Program-made: the position numbers and the translations under genes
NCBI GenBank assembly: GCA_977020255.1
Contig: CDROCS010002451.1
Coordinates: 558,001-622,000 of the forward strand
Length of the DNA: 64,000 nucleotides
Direction: 5' to 3'
Origin: Obrimoposthia wandeli
Lineage: Eukaryota
The notes under the pieces: generated by a model
What the model saw: the letters and a program-made list of their open reading frames with translations, nothing else
What the model was told of the DNA's origin: nothing
Database searches by the model: none
Shown: one piece after another, positions 25,195-37,794 of the stretch
Layout of the letters: the number at the start of each line of letters is the position of its first letter
Numbering within the stretch: position 1 is the stretch's first letter

Positions 25195-26511
25195 CTCTAA
25201 GTAGTGGCTTATTTTTTGAATAGTTTCTCCAGCCTTGTATGTTTAGGACCAAAATCTTCACGGTGGTAAGAGTTTATGAGTGTTAATCGGGCTCTTATCA
25301 TTATACATTATGTGTCTTTAAAATTTAGTTTTATCATTCAAATCAAACATTATTTTCCTGTTTATCTTATTATAAAATTACCTTCTCAACCGAAAAGATT
25401 ATCGAACCTTGATTAATGAAATCTGTGTTATTTTAAAGTCAATATTAATAAAAATTGCTGTAATTTATAACTACAAAAAACAACGTAATATGTCTGAAAT
25501 TTATTGAATTTTTTGACAGAGGGATTAATATTTCTAGATAGTCGAAATGTACTCGATATCGATGTATATTTAGATCTAACGTGGCAGTGGAAAACAGTGG
25601 TTTTACATTAAACACTTATAATATGGGGAATAATTGTGTTATAAAACTAATATTGGACTGACACGAAAGTAATTACACCACTAGTTTGCTAAACATCAAA
25701 ACGGTTTCCTACATTTACAATTGTTAATTGATTATACTTATTATGTTAATATCATATCACATATAACTTTATATTTTCAGATTTTTACTACAAATGACAA
25801 TGAATATTTCTGTGATTTGTTATTCAGCAATTTTGGAAACTGTCTGACAGTCTTTGACAGCAGAGATTTGAATGGGCTTTGAACAATTAGAACGTTTTAT
25901 GCGAGGAAATATGCAACGTAAATCATCGCTGGGAATAATGGAAATGTTTGATAACATCGCACTCAATCAGTTGGGTAGATTAGCCAATAAGTCTGGGGGA
26001 ATAACCTCACATAGGAAAAACAAGAAAAATGGGTTGGTATAGTTACAACAGTTCAAGAGTACGATTCCTATAATATGCAAGGTACAGTCAGATCATAAAA
26101 ACGCAACGAAGTGTGCTTCCTTCGATATTAAAATTTATTTCTAAACTTAATTAGTTAATGCAAAATATAAAAGAAAATTTAAATAAAATAGATTGTATCA
26201 TATAACCCCATTAATAAGCAGTCATTTAAACGGCTACAATCTCAATTGGCGACTAGGGGGGCAATTTTTCAAGGTCAAAGAATAGTTCTATTCACTTAGA
26301 AGATGTTCCAAAACAAAATCAAATGGAAAATATTATGAAAACGGTAAATAACACCGTGGTAAATCCCTTATCATCAATACTTTATTGCACTCTTTTTTTG
26401 GAGTTAAATAAATGATAACAAATTGATTTTTAATTATGAAATTTTATCGGTCAACTACAAATTGACAACATCCAGAAAAGCACCACAATGTAGAACAGAA
26501 ATTCATTCCTT

Positions 26512-27322
26512 TTAATTCCCAAAACACCTTTTTTTTTCCTTAATAGTTAGTTTTAATTTATTGTTAAAACTCTCAACACCCTGAGTATGAACTCCACCTT
26601 CCGGATTCACAAAATGGTATTTGTGACACACGGTTCGGTGTTCAAACCCAGTAATACTTCCTAGGGTTTTATAACTAGCAAATTCATCAGTATGGATGAT
26701 TTGTGAAAAAAATTTGTAACAACCTTGGAAATAATGGGAATGATTGTGGTTTTGGTTCTGTTCGGTAACAAACAACAAAAACCTTTGGCTGGTGTCGTAG
26801 ATGTATCAACAATACACAACACCCATGTTTGACTTCTTGGAGCTCTTCCTCGATGGGCTTTAACTGTATGGTTAACCATCACTTCATCAATCTGCACAAT
26901 ACAGCCTGGCCCACCGAGCATGATTGGATTTTTCATGAAATGTGTATCAATTTGTTTATTGAAACGTTTCTTCATTTTCAGAATTGAATATCTTGCCATT
27001 CCAACATAGTTTTCAATTTCAATCAATTAAAGTTTGTTACAAAGGTGTCCTAAAACTACTCAAATGTTCTTCAAAGGTTTTTGAACATTAAAAAAACCGA
27101 ATTGGTTTTTATTCTCCTGGTTGTTTGAAATTTCATACATCTAGGGTTAAGACACCTCCAATTGTATTCATCACAATTATCTTTGGCGGGTTTCAATATC
27201 ATAAGAACTTCACAATACTTACAGGACATATTTACCTTTATTAACCCTAGTGTCATTGCAAACTGAACGATTTCCTCGTTTAGCGACCTTTCTACCTTGG
27301 ATAAAAATTCATGTAATAACAT
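26512..27322 (-). pseudogene. Merlin (IS1016/ISXO2-like) transposase relic in three frames
   Basis: N-terminal CxxC...WRC, LGGPGCIVQIDE, RGR, IHTDEFASY and VHTQGVESFNNKLK motifs. Confidence 0.88.
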
Positions 27323-27397
27323 TTGGGTGGATTTTTTAAAATAATTTTTAAATCAATTAATTTATTAATCAATTACTAACTAACTCAAATCCTCCTG

Positions 27398-27451
27398 TTT
27401 AATCCTACGGATTAAAACTCCGGATTTATCCTTCGGATAGGACCTACGGTC
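27398..27451. other. Three adjacent mini-hairpins with C(GNA)G triloops on the minus strand, upstream of the Merlin ORF
   Basis: TTTAATCC-TAC-GGATTAAA, TATCC-TTC-GGATA and GACC-TAC-GGTC, flanked by CTAA repeats. Confidence 0.7.
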
Positions 27452-29023
27452 TCTAACTAACTAACTAAATATTCATTTTCTTTTTAATATTTATATTTTT
27501 ATAAATAAATGTATTTTTTTCTGTTGTTTAGTTTTGGTTTTTATATTTGCAAAAATAACAAGTTTGAGTTACCCCTAAGTGGAGGGTAACTCAGACTTGG
27601 TTCAAATTATTTAATATTTTTAACAATCTTCATTTATGTGTATTAATTGTAAACAGTTTTCTGATGATTTAGGTAAATAGTTCACTGAATTTTGCTGTTA
27701 ATTTAGTTTTTCTAACTCGGCTTTTGTATTTTTGTGTATTTCTATATTTGACTCTACCAGCTTGAAGAACATGGAGACTTAGAGTAACTGTGTATAATGT
27801 CATGATGAGAAAGCCATTTGTTTCCAAAGGGCATTTTATGATTCTGCCGTTTTTAATGATTGTTACTAATTTATTACGCAATTTGTAATTTCATATTTTA
27901 TAAAAGTTGTACCAAGTTTTATACACTTGATCTGAATATCTTCTTCAGTCAGTCACAACTTTGTTCATCTAGTAAAATTAATTTGCATATATTTTATATA
28001 AAGCTTTTCAAATACTAAGTCTGAAATTTCAGCTTTAAACACAAATTCGAATAGTAGCGATCCTCAAAAAAAATTATTAATTCTGTTTTGACTAAAGGAG
28101 GTACAGAATTAAAAATCAAAAAATAATACTTTTACATCGAATAAATGTGACTTTAAACCTTCATAAATGCATGGTCTGCTACAAAATTAACATCTTGTAC
28201 AGGCAAAATCGTATCGAATATTAGTCGTATCTCTCACTCCCTCTTGTCTCATTTTGAATGTTGCTAGTCATCACTACAAAAATAGGGGAATTGACATTTT
28301 CAGAATACGTTAATCAAATTTAATTATTAGAAAATGAAATTTGAAAGAAATGTGAAAATCAAATCCACCAAGTTACATTTGCCCTAACAATTGATGTTGA
28401 AACTGTTTATGACAATTTAGAACTGAAATTAATTGAAATTCAGTATAATAACTTATTGAAACAAAAATATATGAAAGTTTGGATACCTAATTTCTATAAT
28501 TATATATAAGGCGACCAATTTTTCAATATATTATGTGTAATTAGGCATATTTTAGATATGCCCAGTAGCACCTTTTTGTACATACAACTATTTTCCACTT
28601 CAAAAATAATAACACGGTGGAAAGATCAAGTTTAATAAATTTGAAGATTTGATTCATAAAAAATGTTGTCAAGTTTCTTCAAAAAATGATTTGATATAAT
28701 AATTTTGCACTTTAAAAGTATTTTTAAGACTGCTTGTATTTTGATTTATTATATTTAGTATGAGAAACTATAATCCTAATAATAAACAATCCGCTTCCTC
28801 TTAATTTGACATTTTTAAAAGTATTCAGTATATTGATTGTTTGAAAAGTATTCATGAAAACGTTGTTGCTAGACCTCGTGTGTTGAAAGAAACTAATATT
28901 TATTAAAACGTAAGGGTATACATGTTTGGAATCAGTCCCCATGTAGTTCAGATTTGTATGTATGATCAGCGGCTATTTAATTTCTTGAAATCTAAGCACT
29001 CTCAAAGAAAGGTCAATAGTTCG

Positions 29024-29112
29024 ACACGAAATTTCACTCCAACACACATGCACGGTTTTAAAGGACAGTGGGGGGAGGGGTGTGTGGATTAGACCGGACA
29101 CATCCACCTACT
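29024..29112. repeat. Second orphan terminus of the AGTAG/6-bp-TSD family
   Basis: ACACGAAATTTCACTCC...TGTGGATTAGACCGGACACATCCACCTACT is nearly identical to the right arm of 16338-16510. Confidence 0.85.
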
Positions 29113-29131
29113 CATCTTAAATATATGTAAT

Positions 29132-31512
29132 TGTTGGGATTAGGATTTGATAAAGTTTAGATAATTTACCTAATTTATATAAAAAGAAAATCCTTGAAAG
29201 CAAGGTTATAATTAAAATAAAAAATTAAATATTAGTATTAAATTGTAAAATTACGAGTAAAATTAAATATTAAGGACCACGAAGGTCGTGTGTAGTGCGC
29301 TGTATGTATGGGAGTTTGAGTTATTATTAAGGGCCCTCAAAGAAAAAGAATTAATCAAGAAATTAGAAAACGAGAAGAAAAGGCAAAGAAGAAATTAACG
29401 AATCAATTAATTAATTTACAAGAAATTGGACGAAGAAGAAAATCTTGTAATTGTATCGTGGGAGCCAGCCGGATTGATCAAACGGCATCAAGGTAAGAAA
29501 AAAGCAATTAGTAAGATAACTGTCATATTTGGACAGAATACAACAGCGCCGCAACAAGTTCCCACAGTGTCGCAGCGGCAATACAGCAGCAATACAGCAA
29601 CAACGGTAAATCTCAGTGGGAGCCAGAACAGTTGCAGCGGAGTCATCAATTCCAGCATCAAGGTAAGTGCGCTTCAATTAGTGGGCGAACTGACATGCAT
29701 TTGACAGTTCCCACAGTATCGTCGATTCGCATCGTCATCGACCCAAGCAGCAACACAGCAGCAGCAGTCATCGAGCTATCCACAGCGCCGCAACAAATCG
29801 ATTCGTCATCATCGCGCCAACTAGCATCGAGCCAGCGCCAACCTGAAAATCAATCGTGGAATATAAATAGCAGTTCACCAATATCGCGGTGGCCACAATT
29901 TTACCATTTTGCTAAAAAAGAGAAGAATCAATATTGCCCAGGAGAAGACAATAGTCGAAAAGAACCAAAGGTAAGAGGAGCAAGAATATCGCCACCAAAG
30001 TTAAGTCAATACGCGCAGGTCTCGCAGCAACAATTCAATATAACCAGATCTCACTGCCGATATCAGACAGCTCAGTTCAAAGTTGCAGTTCCAGTCTCGC
30101 AGTCAATTCCGCTGTTCTGTCTCACAGTCAGTTCCGCTGCTCAGTTCCACGGTTGCCGTCCAGCAGTTTTTCATATCGCCATTTCCGTCTCGCCAATTCG
30201 AGAGACTTAAGCCGGGAGACAAGGAGGATTAATAACCACAGTAAATTAAAGGTATAAATACCCACGAATTTGGTTAAATTAGTTTGGAATATTAAGTTAC
30301 GAAGTGTTGTCTTTATAAGACGAATTTGGTTAAATTAATTTTGATTATTGAATTGTGAAGTGTTGTCTTTATAAGACGAATTTGGTTAAATTAATTGCGA
30401 ATTGCGAATTGCGAAGTGTTGTCTTTATAAGACGAATTTGGTGAAATTAATTTTGATTATTGAATTGCGAAGTGTTGTCTTTATAAGACGAATTTGGTGA
30501 AATTAATTTTGATTATTGAATTGCGAAGTGTTGTCTTTATAAGACGAATTTGGTTAAATTAATTTTGAATTGCGAATTGCGAAGTGTTGTCTTTATAAGA
30601 CGAATTTGGTGAAATTAATTTTGATTATTGAATTGCGAAGTGTTGCCTTTGCAAACCGAATTTGATAAATTGATTTTGAATATTAAACTACTAAGTGTTG
30701 CCTTTGCAAACCGAATTTGATAAATTGATTTTGAATATTAAACTACTAAGTGTTGCCTTTGCAAACCGAATTTGATAAATTGATTTTGAATATTAAACTA
30801 CTAAGTGTTGCCTTTGCAAACCGAATTTGATAAATTGATTTTGAATATTAAACTACTAAGTGTTGCCTTTGCAAAACGAATTTGATAAATTGATTTTGAA
30901 TATTAAACTACTAAGTGTTGCCTTTGCAAACCGAATTTGATAAATTGATTTTGAATATTAAACTACTAAGTGTTGCCTTTGCAAACCGAATTTGATAAAT
31001 TGATTTTGAATATTAACTTACCCCGTGTTAGAGCAAGGACTCTAGCGACTAACCAATCACCCATATTAGAGAGATAAGCTTTCTAAATTCGTTCCCTATT
31101 TTAGAGCAACCAGCTCTTCAAAATCTGTGCCCGGGGTTTATCCACAAGTTAGAGTAAAGACTCAAATAAACTAACCGACCTTAACGTAAAATCGATACGT
31201 GGTTCATCCCCACTTGTGTAGAGACTTACAGAAGTCTTAGGAATTTTATTACAGCTTTTTAGAAAATACGTACGTAAACGTATTGTATTGTTTTAGTCTA
31301 GTGTATTGAAAATAAACGATTTCCTACATTAGCAAGCATTGTTTTAAACCCTTCAGATTAAGACACAATAAAAACCTTCAGATAAGAATTGAGACAGGCA
31401 AGCATAACATTAAGTAGGCCACAACCATCTCTAAGACCTACTTCTATAAGAACTCACGTTGGGGCCCTCCGCATTCAAGAGGATCTATAAGTTTCATATA
31501 GAAACCCCAACA
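29132..31512. mobile_element. Solo LTR (2.4 kb), same family as 8367-14333
   Basis: TGTTGGG...CCCCAACA inverted termini and 4-bp TSD TAAT. Confidence 0.92.
30295..31015. repeat. Two abutting tandem arrays in the LTR: ~7 x 56 bp, then ~7 x 55 bp of a related unit
   Basis: GAAGTGTTGTCTTTATAAGACGAATTTGG... has period 56; TAAGTGTTGCCTTTGCAAACCGAATTTG... has period 55. Confidence 0.93.
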
Positions 31513-32644
31513 TAATTAATCTTTACATGTCCTCGAAAGTATAAATAATGTAATGAATGAATTTTTTTTATAATTCGTTAATTTTGTTTTTTAATATTGG
31601 CTAAATTATCGAATTTGTGTCTGGGGTTGTGCCAGATATTGTTTGAACAAATGTGCAAATTAAGAATTTTATTACAAATATTGTGGAATATACAGTTTTA
31701 TTACGAGTTTTTAAATAAATAAATATCAGAAGAAAGTCAAATTTCATGTAAAATGGTTAGGAAGTAGTAACACAGGTAAAACTTCAGAGATTATGATGCT
31801 CTTCCAATATGAGATCTACCGAGTGGTTTCTAATCCAATATGTGATTTACCCATTAACTAATCATTATTTTCCCATTAAACTAGCAAACTACAGAGTTGT
31901 TAAAATACGTAGTTGTTTACATTCTAATATGTGAACTACAAGTTGTAACTAGTAGGCAACCAAACAATAGATAAAAGTTAAATTTGAAATATAGATTTTT
32001 ATTTTGAATCCCAATACATTCAAAGAAGACTCACGCTGATTTTGTAAGGAACGTTATTTATAGGGAAGAAACAGCTGTAGCTAAACATATGTTTCAGTCA
32101 CATCTGAATGAATAATGTTATAGAATGATGATAAAAGAAACTGTAGATTTATATTCAGAATTTTTAAATGACATTAGAGAGGTTTATCGCTAAATGTCTT
32201 GATTTTTACCTCTTTACAATTGTTTTTTTATCGTTAAATGTATTTATTTCTACATTTTTAGAATTTATATTAAATAAAATCATGTCTTTTTATTTGTCTT
32301 TTTTTACCCTAGTAGATTACATGCCATGAATAGTAGATCTATAGTAGATCACAAACCTTCGGTAGATCACATAACGGAAGAGCACCGAGATTATATTTCA
32401 AAATTAGAAATTATTCCGCCCGATATGTTAAAGTTAATGTAGTAGATGTCTCAAATATAAATGCCTAATTACAGTTAACGTTCAAGAATTTTGTTGGGAA
32501 TATTTTGTGGACATACTCACTGCACCAGGCTCGGAATAATCAAGAGTATTTGTGTTAATTTTGATTAAGAGTAATTTTGTTTTCTAACAAACAATAAAAA
32601 AATTTATAAAAATAACAATTTATAAAAGAAAAAAGAGAAAAGTT

Positions 32645-32830
32645 TAAAATCATTTCATTAATTGAAATGTTAATTGAACAATTTCCTTAATTAGGGAAAT
32701 TATTTATCGAAGTTTTAATGCAATTTGGCATTTTTAATATCCTTATCAGTCCCCGACAGGCTTAACCGGTTTCGCCCTGTCGGGCTCTTCGGATGGATGG
32801 CAAGTTTATCTATGATTTCACGGTGACCAA
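32645..32830 (-). repeat. Dispersed repeat with hammerhead-like core, copy 2 (inverted relative to copy 1)
   Basis: Minus strand reads CCGAAGA-GCCC-GACA-GGGC-GAAACCGGTTA (32763-32792), with a perfect stem II and palindromic AACCGGTT. Confidence 0.5.
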
Positions 32831-34658
32831 ATTGCCCGCGAAGTCAGAGATAAAAGGATTGAATTTTCCCTCTACCATGTGCCGACGAACATCATACACA
32901 GTAACCAAAAAATTCGCACACTTACATATCCATCTCACTACTCACTCACAGTGTCTGTGTTTTAACTAATATTACTACTAATAATGGTCAATTTTCTCTG
33001 TCCAGTCTTGCTCCAACAGTCCTCCCCTGTCTGTGTGCGGTTTTTATTCCCGCTGTCAGATTAGAGGAAGCTTTGCCTTTGGACTGGATTGCAGCAGAAT
33101 TGCCAATTCTCTCTCTCTATCTCTCTCATCAGTCTCGATGAATTGTGTCTGGACTGCTATGAATAGCAGCTATTTTTCAAATATAAAAGCTCCAAATATT
33201 ATTAATATACACACAATTATACGATACTGAAAAATTAACTATCTATTTTCAATATTTGATTTTCTCAATTTAGAATATTATCAGAGGAGTTATACCAATT
33301 TGATGAATACAATTTGATATAATTTTTGCCTAAAAGACATAACAGGAGAAACAAAAGATTATTATTCCAACAATTTATGTTATTCTGGACATAACAAACG
33401 TTTTAGTTGTTAATTTGATTCTGTTGCCGATTGATTTCTAAATCCAAATAATCATTAACAATTTTTGAAGAATACATTTTGCTTAGTTCACCATTTATCT
33501 GAAGATATCGTCGTTTACTGTTTGAATTATATATAAGCATTTCACTGACAAAGTGTGTAAAACACAAAAATTAGTTACTATCATAATTAATACAATGCTT
33601 ATGCTCAATGATTTTTAAATGAATATATTATTGAAAAACGTTAAAAATTGCAGAAACTTTTTATGACACAAAATTTTACTTCGATACAATTTTATCATTC
33701 GCCTCAAGGCATATGACCAATTCTTTTAGCAGAAAATGTAATATATACTTTTCCAAAACTCGGGAAATAATCAGAAAATCCAGTTACAATCAGGAAAACC
33801 ACCAAGCAGTGTCGCACAAACAATCTCTCCTGGAGATTCATCGGTCCTACATGAAGTAGAAGATACCTTACGGTGTATTGCTATAGGAGATTTCGTGGGA
33901 AAATCCGGTTTATCTAATTCTTCGATTATTTGTGTTAAATTCCTAATATCCCTTCTTCTTTTGTAGAAAACTCCCTGACCAATGAAATGGCAAACAACTG
34001 GGGAATTCTAAAATTATCTACTGTACTTGGCCTGATCGATTGCCTCGGGTTTCTCCACTGACATTGACGATCGATTCCTCTACAGACTAGCTTGGTATGA
34101 GTCGTCTGGATTGGTGTGTGTTTGTGGTGCCTCATGTGACTATTTATGCTGTTGAATCAGCGGTCACATGAAGTCAATTAATTTCCATTTCTTGGAATTT
34201 CCAAATTTCACTAAATTGTCTTTTTTCGTAATTTAATTTAATATTTTAAGGTTACAAAATGTCCTTGGCCAGGACTATAAATATAGCCAATTATTTAATT
34301 ATTTATATTAAATTTGTCCAATTCTGGACCTCAACATATATATATATATATGATGAACATATTATAAATCTGAAGTAAATTCATGCATATTTCATAACTA
34401 GTATTAGAATACAAAAAGATTATATTATAAAAACTGCTAAATTATAAAATGTCACTAATTTCATAATATGAAAAGAAGCATGCATAAATTCTTCATTTTG
34501 TAATCTATCATTATAATTTTCATTTTTCACAGAATTGAAATTTGTGTGAAAATTTATTGCAAATTACAATTGCATAATATCTTATTTTGAACATTCTGGT
34601 AAAAGAAACTATATAAATAGACATTCCTTAATATGTACATTCCACCATTATTTGTTAT

Positions 34659-35290
34659 CAGTAATATTAAAATTTATGATTGGATTTTTTGCATAAAATC
34701 GATATACAATTTTATAATTTGAATATAAAAGAAGTAAATAAAGTCTAGGTTGAAAGTTACATATTGAAAATACTATTTATCATCACTTTTAGCAAAGATT
34801 GATTTTAAAAACTTTCGTACAAGTTATCAACTTCCACATGCATTACTATCTCGTTATCAAACATTTTCCAAATTTAAAAAGAGTATCCGAAATTTATCAA
34901 TTAACCAAATGGCAAAGTCTAAGCATAATAGACTAGATTAAAATGATCAAATGATGAGATCACAATAGTAAGAATATTTCTGTTCATCAAAAATTATTTA
35001 AACAGTAATATTAAAATTTATGATTGGATTTTTTGCATAAAATCGATATACAATTTTATAATTTGAATATAAAAGAAGTAAATAAAGTCTAGGTTGAAAG
35101 TTACATATTGAAAATACTATTTATCATCACTTTTAACAAAGATTGATTTTAAAAACTTTCGTACAAGTTATCAACTTCCACATGCATTACTATCTCGTTA
35201 TCAAACATTTTCCAAATTTAAAAAGAGTATCCGAAATTTATCAATTAACCAAATGGCAAAGTCTAAGCATAATAGACTAGATTAAAATGA
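34659..35290. repeat. 288-bp near-identical direct duplication (34659-34946 and 35003-35290)
   Basis: Period 344; I see only one substitution between the copies. Confidence 0.92.
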
Positions 35291-35441
35291 CAGAAGAAGT
35301 GAAAGGAAATAATCAAGATTTAGAAGATTGTAATAATGACGACATGATAATGCATGATGTTAATCAGGGAAACATGAGCGATCCCATTGCTCACATTTCG
35401 TCGGTGGGATCGAGCATATAGAATCAAAGCGGAATGAAAAT

Positions 35442-35833
35442 ATGTATATGAAGAATGATTGTCGTGAATGGAGTATACTGAAGATTAATGATATAGATGT
35501 GGAAATGCTGTGGGACTCCGGAGCATCAGTTACTGTAATGAGTAAGGATTGTTGGAAGAAAGTAGGATGTCACAAAATGAGACAGATTAATTTATATCTG
35601 AGTGGAGTTTTTTCGAATAATCATCAACAGCCCTTACGTAGGTTTAATACTAAAGTGTTATGGAATGGAAAGGAGAATGTTTTGGAAATAAAATTTGTAG
35701 AAGAAATTAAACCAGAATTTAATGGTGGAATCGATACAATGAAAACATTTGGGATAAAGCTGCAGGAAGTTTGTAATTTGAACTCGTATTGCATGATGAA
35801 AACGTTTTCCTCAAAAGAAAGAACAGATAAAAT
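35442..35833 (+). pseudogene. Gypsy-type retropepsin (aspartic protease) remnant, cut off by Polinton B sequence
   Basis: INDIDVEMLWDSGASVTVMS motif. After ~35834 the frame runs into Polinton terminal-repeat sequence. Confidence 0.85.
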
Positions 35834-36045
35834 ATTTATTCTTATACATGTATATATATGTGTGAGTGTCTAACAAAGACAGTCACCAATACCTACAAAG
35901 ACAGTCACGTACTGCATCAATATTGCAAAAACCTGCAAATTTATGTAAATACCAATAATTTTAAAATAAAGACAAGTATTTCAAACACATATATTCCTTA
36001 AAATCACAAAGGAGAATAAAAATATGTACAACACATATAAAAAGT

Positions 36046-37597
36046 TTATACAACCTCGTCCGGGTATAAAAAGTGACCATAGGCGACTGAACGGTTTTTC
36101 TCCACCCACTTGCGCTTATCATCACTACTACTTAAGGCAATTTTACTTAACCTTACAGTAAAAAGTTGATGATTTATATACGTTGTTGTTGTACACGCTC
36201 GCTAACGGCACTCTCATATACGGCTAAGTAATTAGAGTGCCTAATACTCGTCTGTCGGAGACTAATACCTTTCGCTCTCATCTGAGATTCACCTTCTGTA
36301 GTCTCTAGGCTATATGATTTTGGTCGTAGAAAAATCCCTTGCCTATAACTAAATAATCCTTTACTCTCATCTTTAAATTTTCCTATCGCTGTATTAAGCG
36401 TCGTATAAAGCGGATGGGTTTTTGGAAATTTCGAGGTATCCAACAGTCCATCAGCAATCATAGCAGGTAACAGTGATTCTTGAACATTGACATTATTACA
36501 CTTCAAGAAAAAGCTATCAGTGTCACCCGCTATAATTCTAATGTCGCAGTTAAATTGAACTCGATATTTCTCCAACTGCTCATATTGTAGCTCATACATA
36601 CGAAGTTTGCTTAAATCTAATACCGCCTGGCCCATGTAACTAGGACGATCCAAAACAATATTTTCCTTATCCAGTAAAACTGCAATAAGGTCCGTATCGA
36701 TTTCGATTGTCCTACGAAAGTGGGCTTTACTGCAATAGGTAACCAGCTTCTGTGGAGTATTACAAATCCGGAGGTTAATTCTTTTCATCAGATTCTCAAT
36801 GAGTTTTCCAAATAAAGAATTCACCTTCAGTTTATAATAATCCCTCTCGAAATCTGTTGTAGCCGCAGCTCTTTTGAGAGAATTATCCTCAATATATTTT
36901 GAAAAAACATTAGTTTGTTCAAACTGTAATGCTCTATATACAAAATCTACCTTAGCACCAAGTCTAACGTACATTTGTAGCAATCTAGAATGCACAACAT
37001 AATGTTTCTTAGGGTAATGTGTTAATAACAATTTTTCAGTCTTACACCCTGGTGGACGCTGTTTAATGGGAGCAAGGGGAAGATCGTCGAATTTATTATG
37101 AAGCTCGAAGGGAATGGATAAATCTATTTCCAATAAATGAGCGAAGCGACTACAGGATAAATTTGCTGATTTTAAGCTGGAAATAATATTCCCAACTCTA
37201 ACCGATCAGTCACCCAGGAAAAGTTACCACAAGGTAAAAACTTGGACATAGCCCACCCGTACAAATTATTTACATCAATGTACAAAAGTTCTGTACCATT
37301 GATGGCGTCAACGCGGTGTTCATTAACAAATGTCATACCCCCGCGAATCCCAGACCGGAAGAGTCGGTACATTTCTGGATCCTGTATTAGCTCGACTCGC
37401 ACAACGGGAGCAGAAGAAGAAGCCGGACGAAGCAGGGATTTGAAAGCACTCGTGAAAGTCAGTCCTGGAAATAAAAACATTTATTAAAATCATTGTGAAA
37501 ATCATTACTTTGAAAATCATATATCTAACAAAGACAGTCACGCATCTATATTGCAAATACTTGCATCTTTATGTAATCAATAGTAACATTTATTCTT

Positions 37598-37680
<83 letters not shown>

Positions 37681-37758
37681 AGTATCTAACAAAGACAGTC
37701 ACGCATCTATATTGCAAATACTTGCATCTTTATGTAATCAATAGTAACATTTATTCTT

Positions 37759-37794
<36 letters not shown>

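Noticed and set aside
27560-27599. 15-bp inverted repeat AAGTTTGAGTTACCC...GGGTAACTCAGACTT near the Merlin relic
   Set aside because: It could be two abutting transposon ends, but I found no matching end on the other side of the transposase and no TSD.
29411-30210. ORFs of 88-192 aa in the solo LTR
   Set aside because: Low-complexity, not conserved in the sister LTR at 8367, and no gag or pol motifs.
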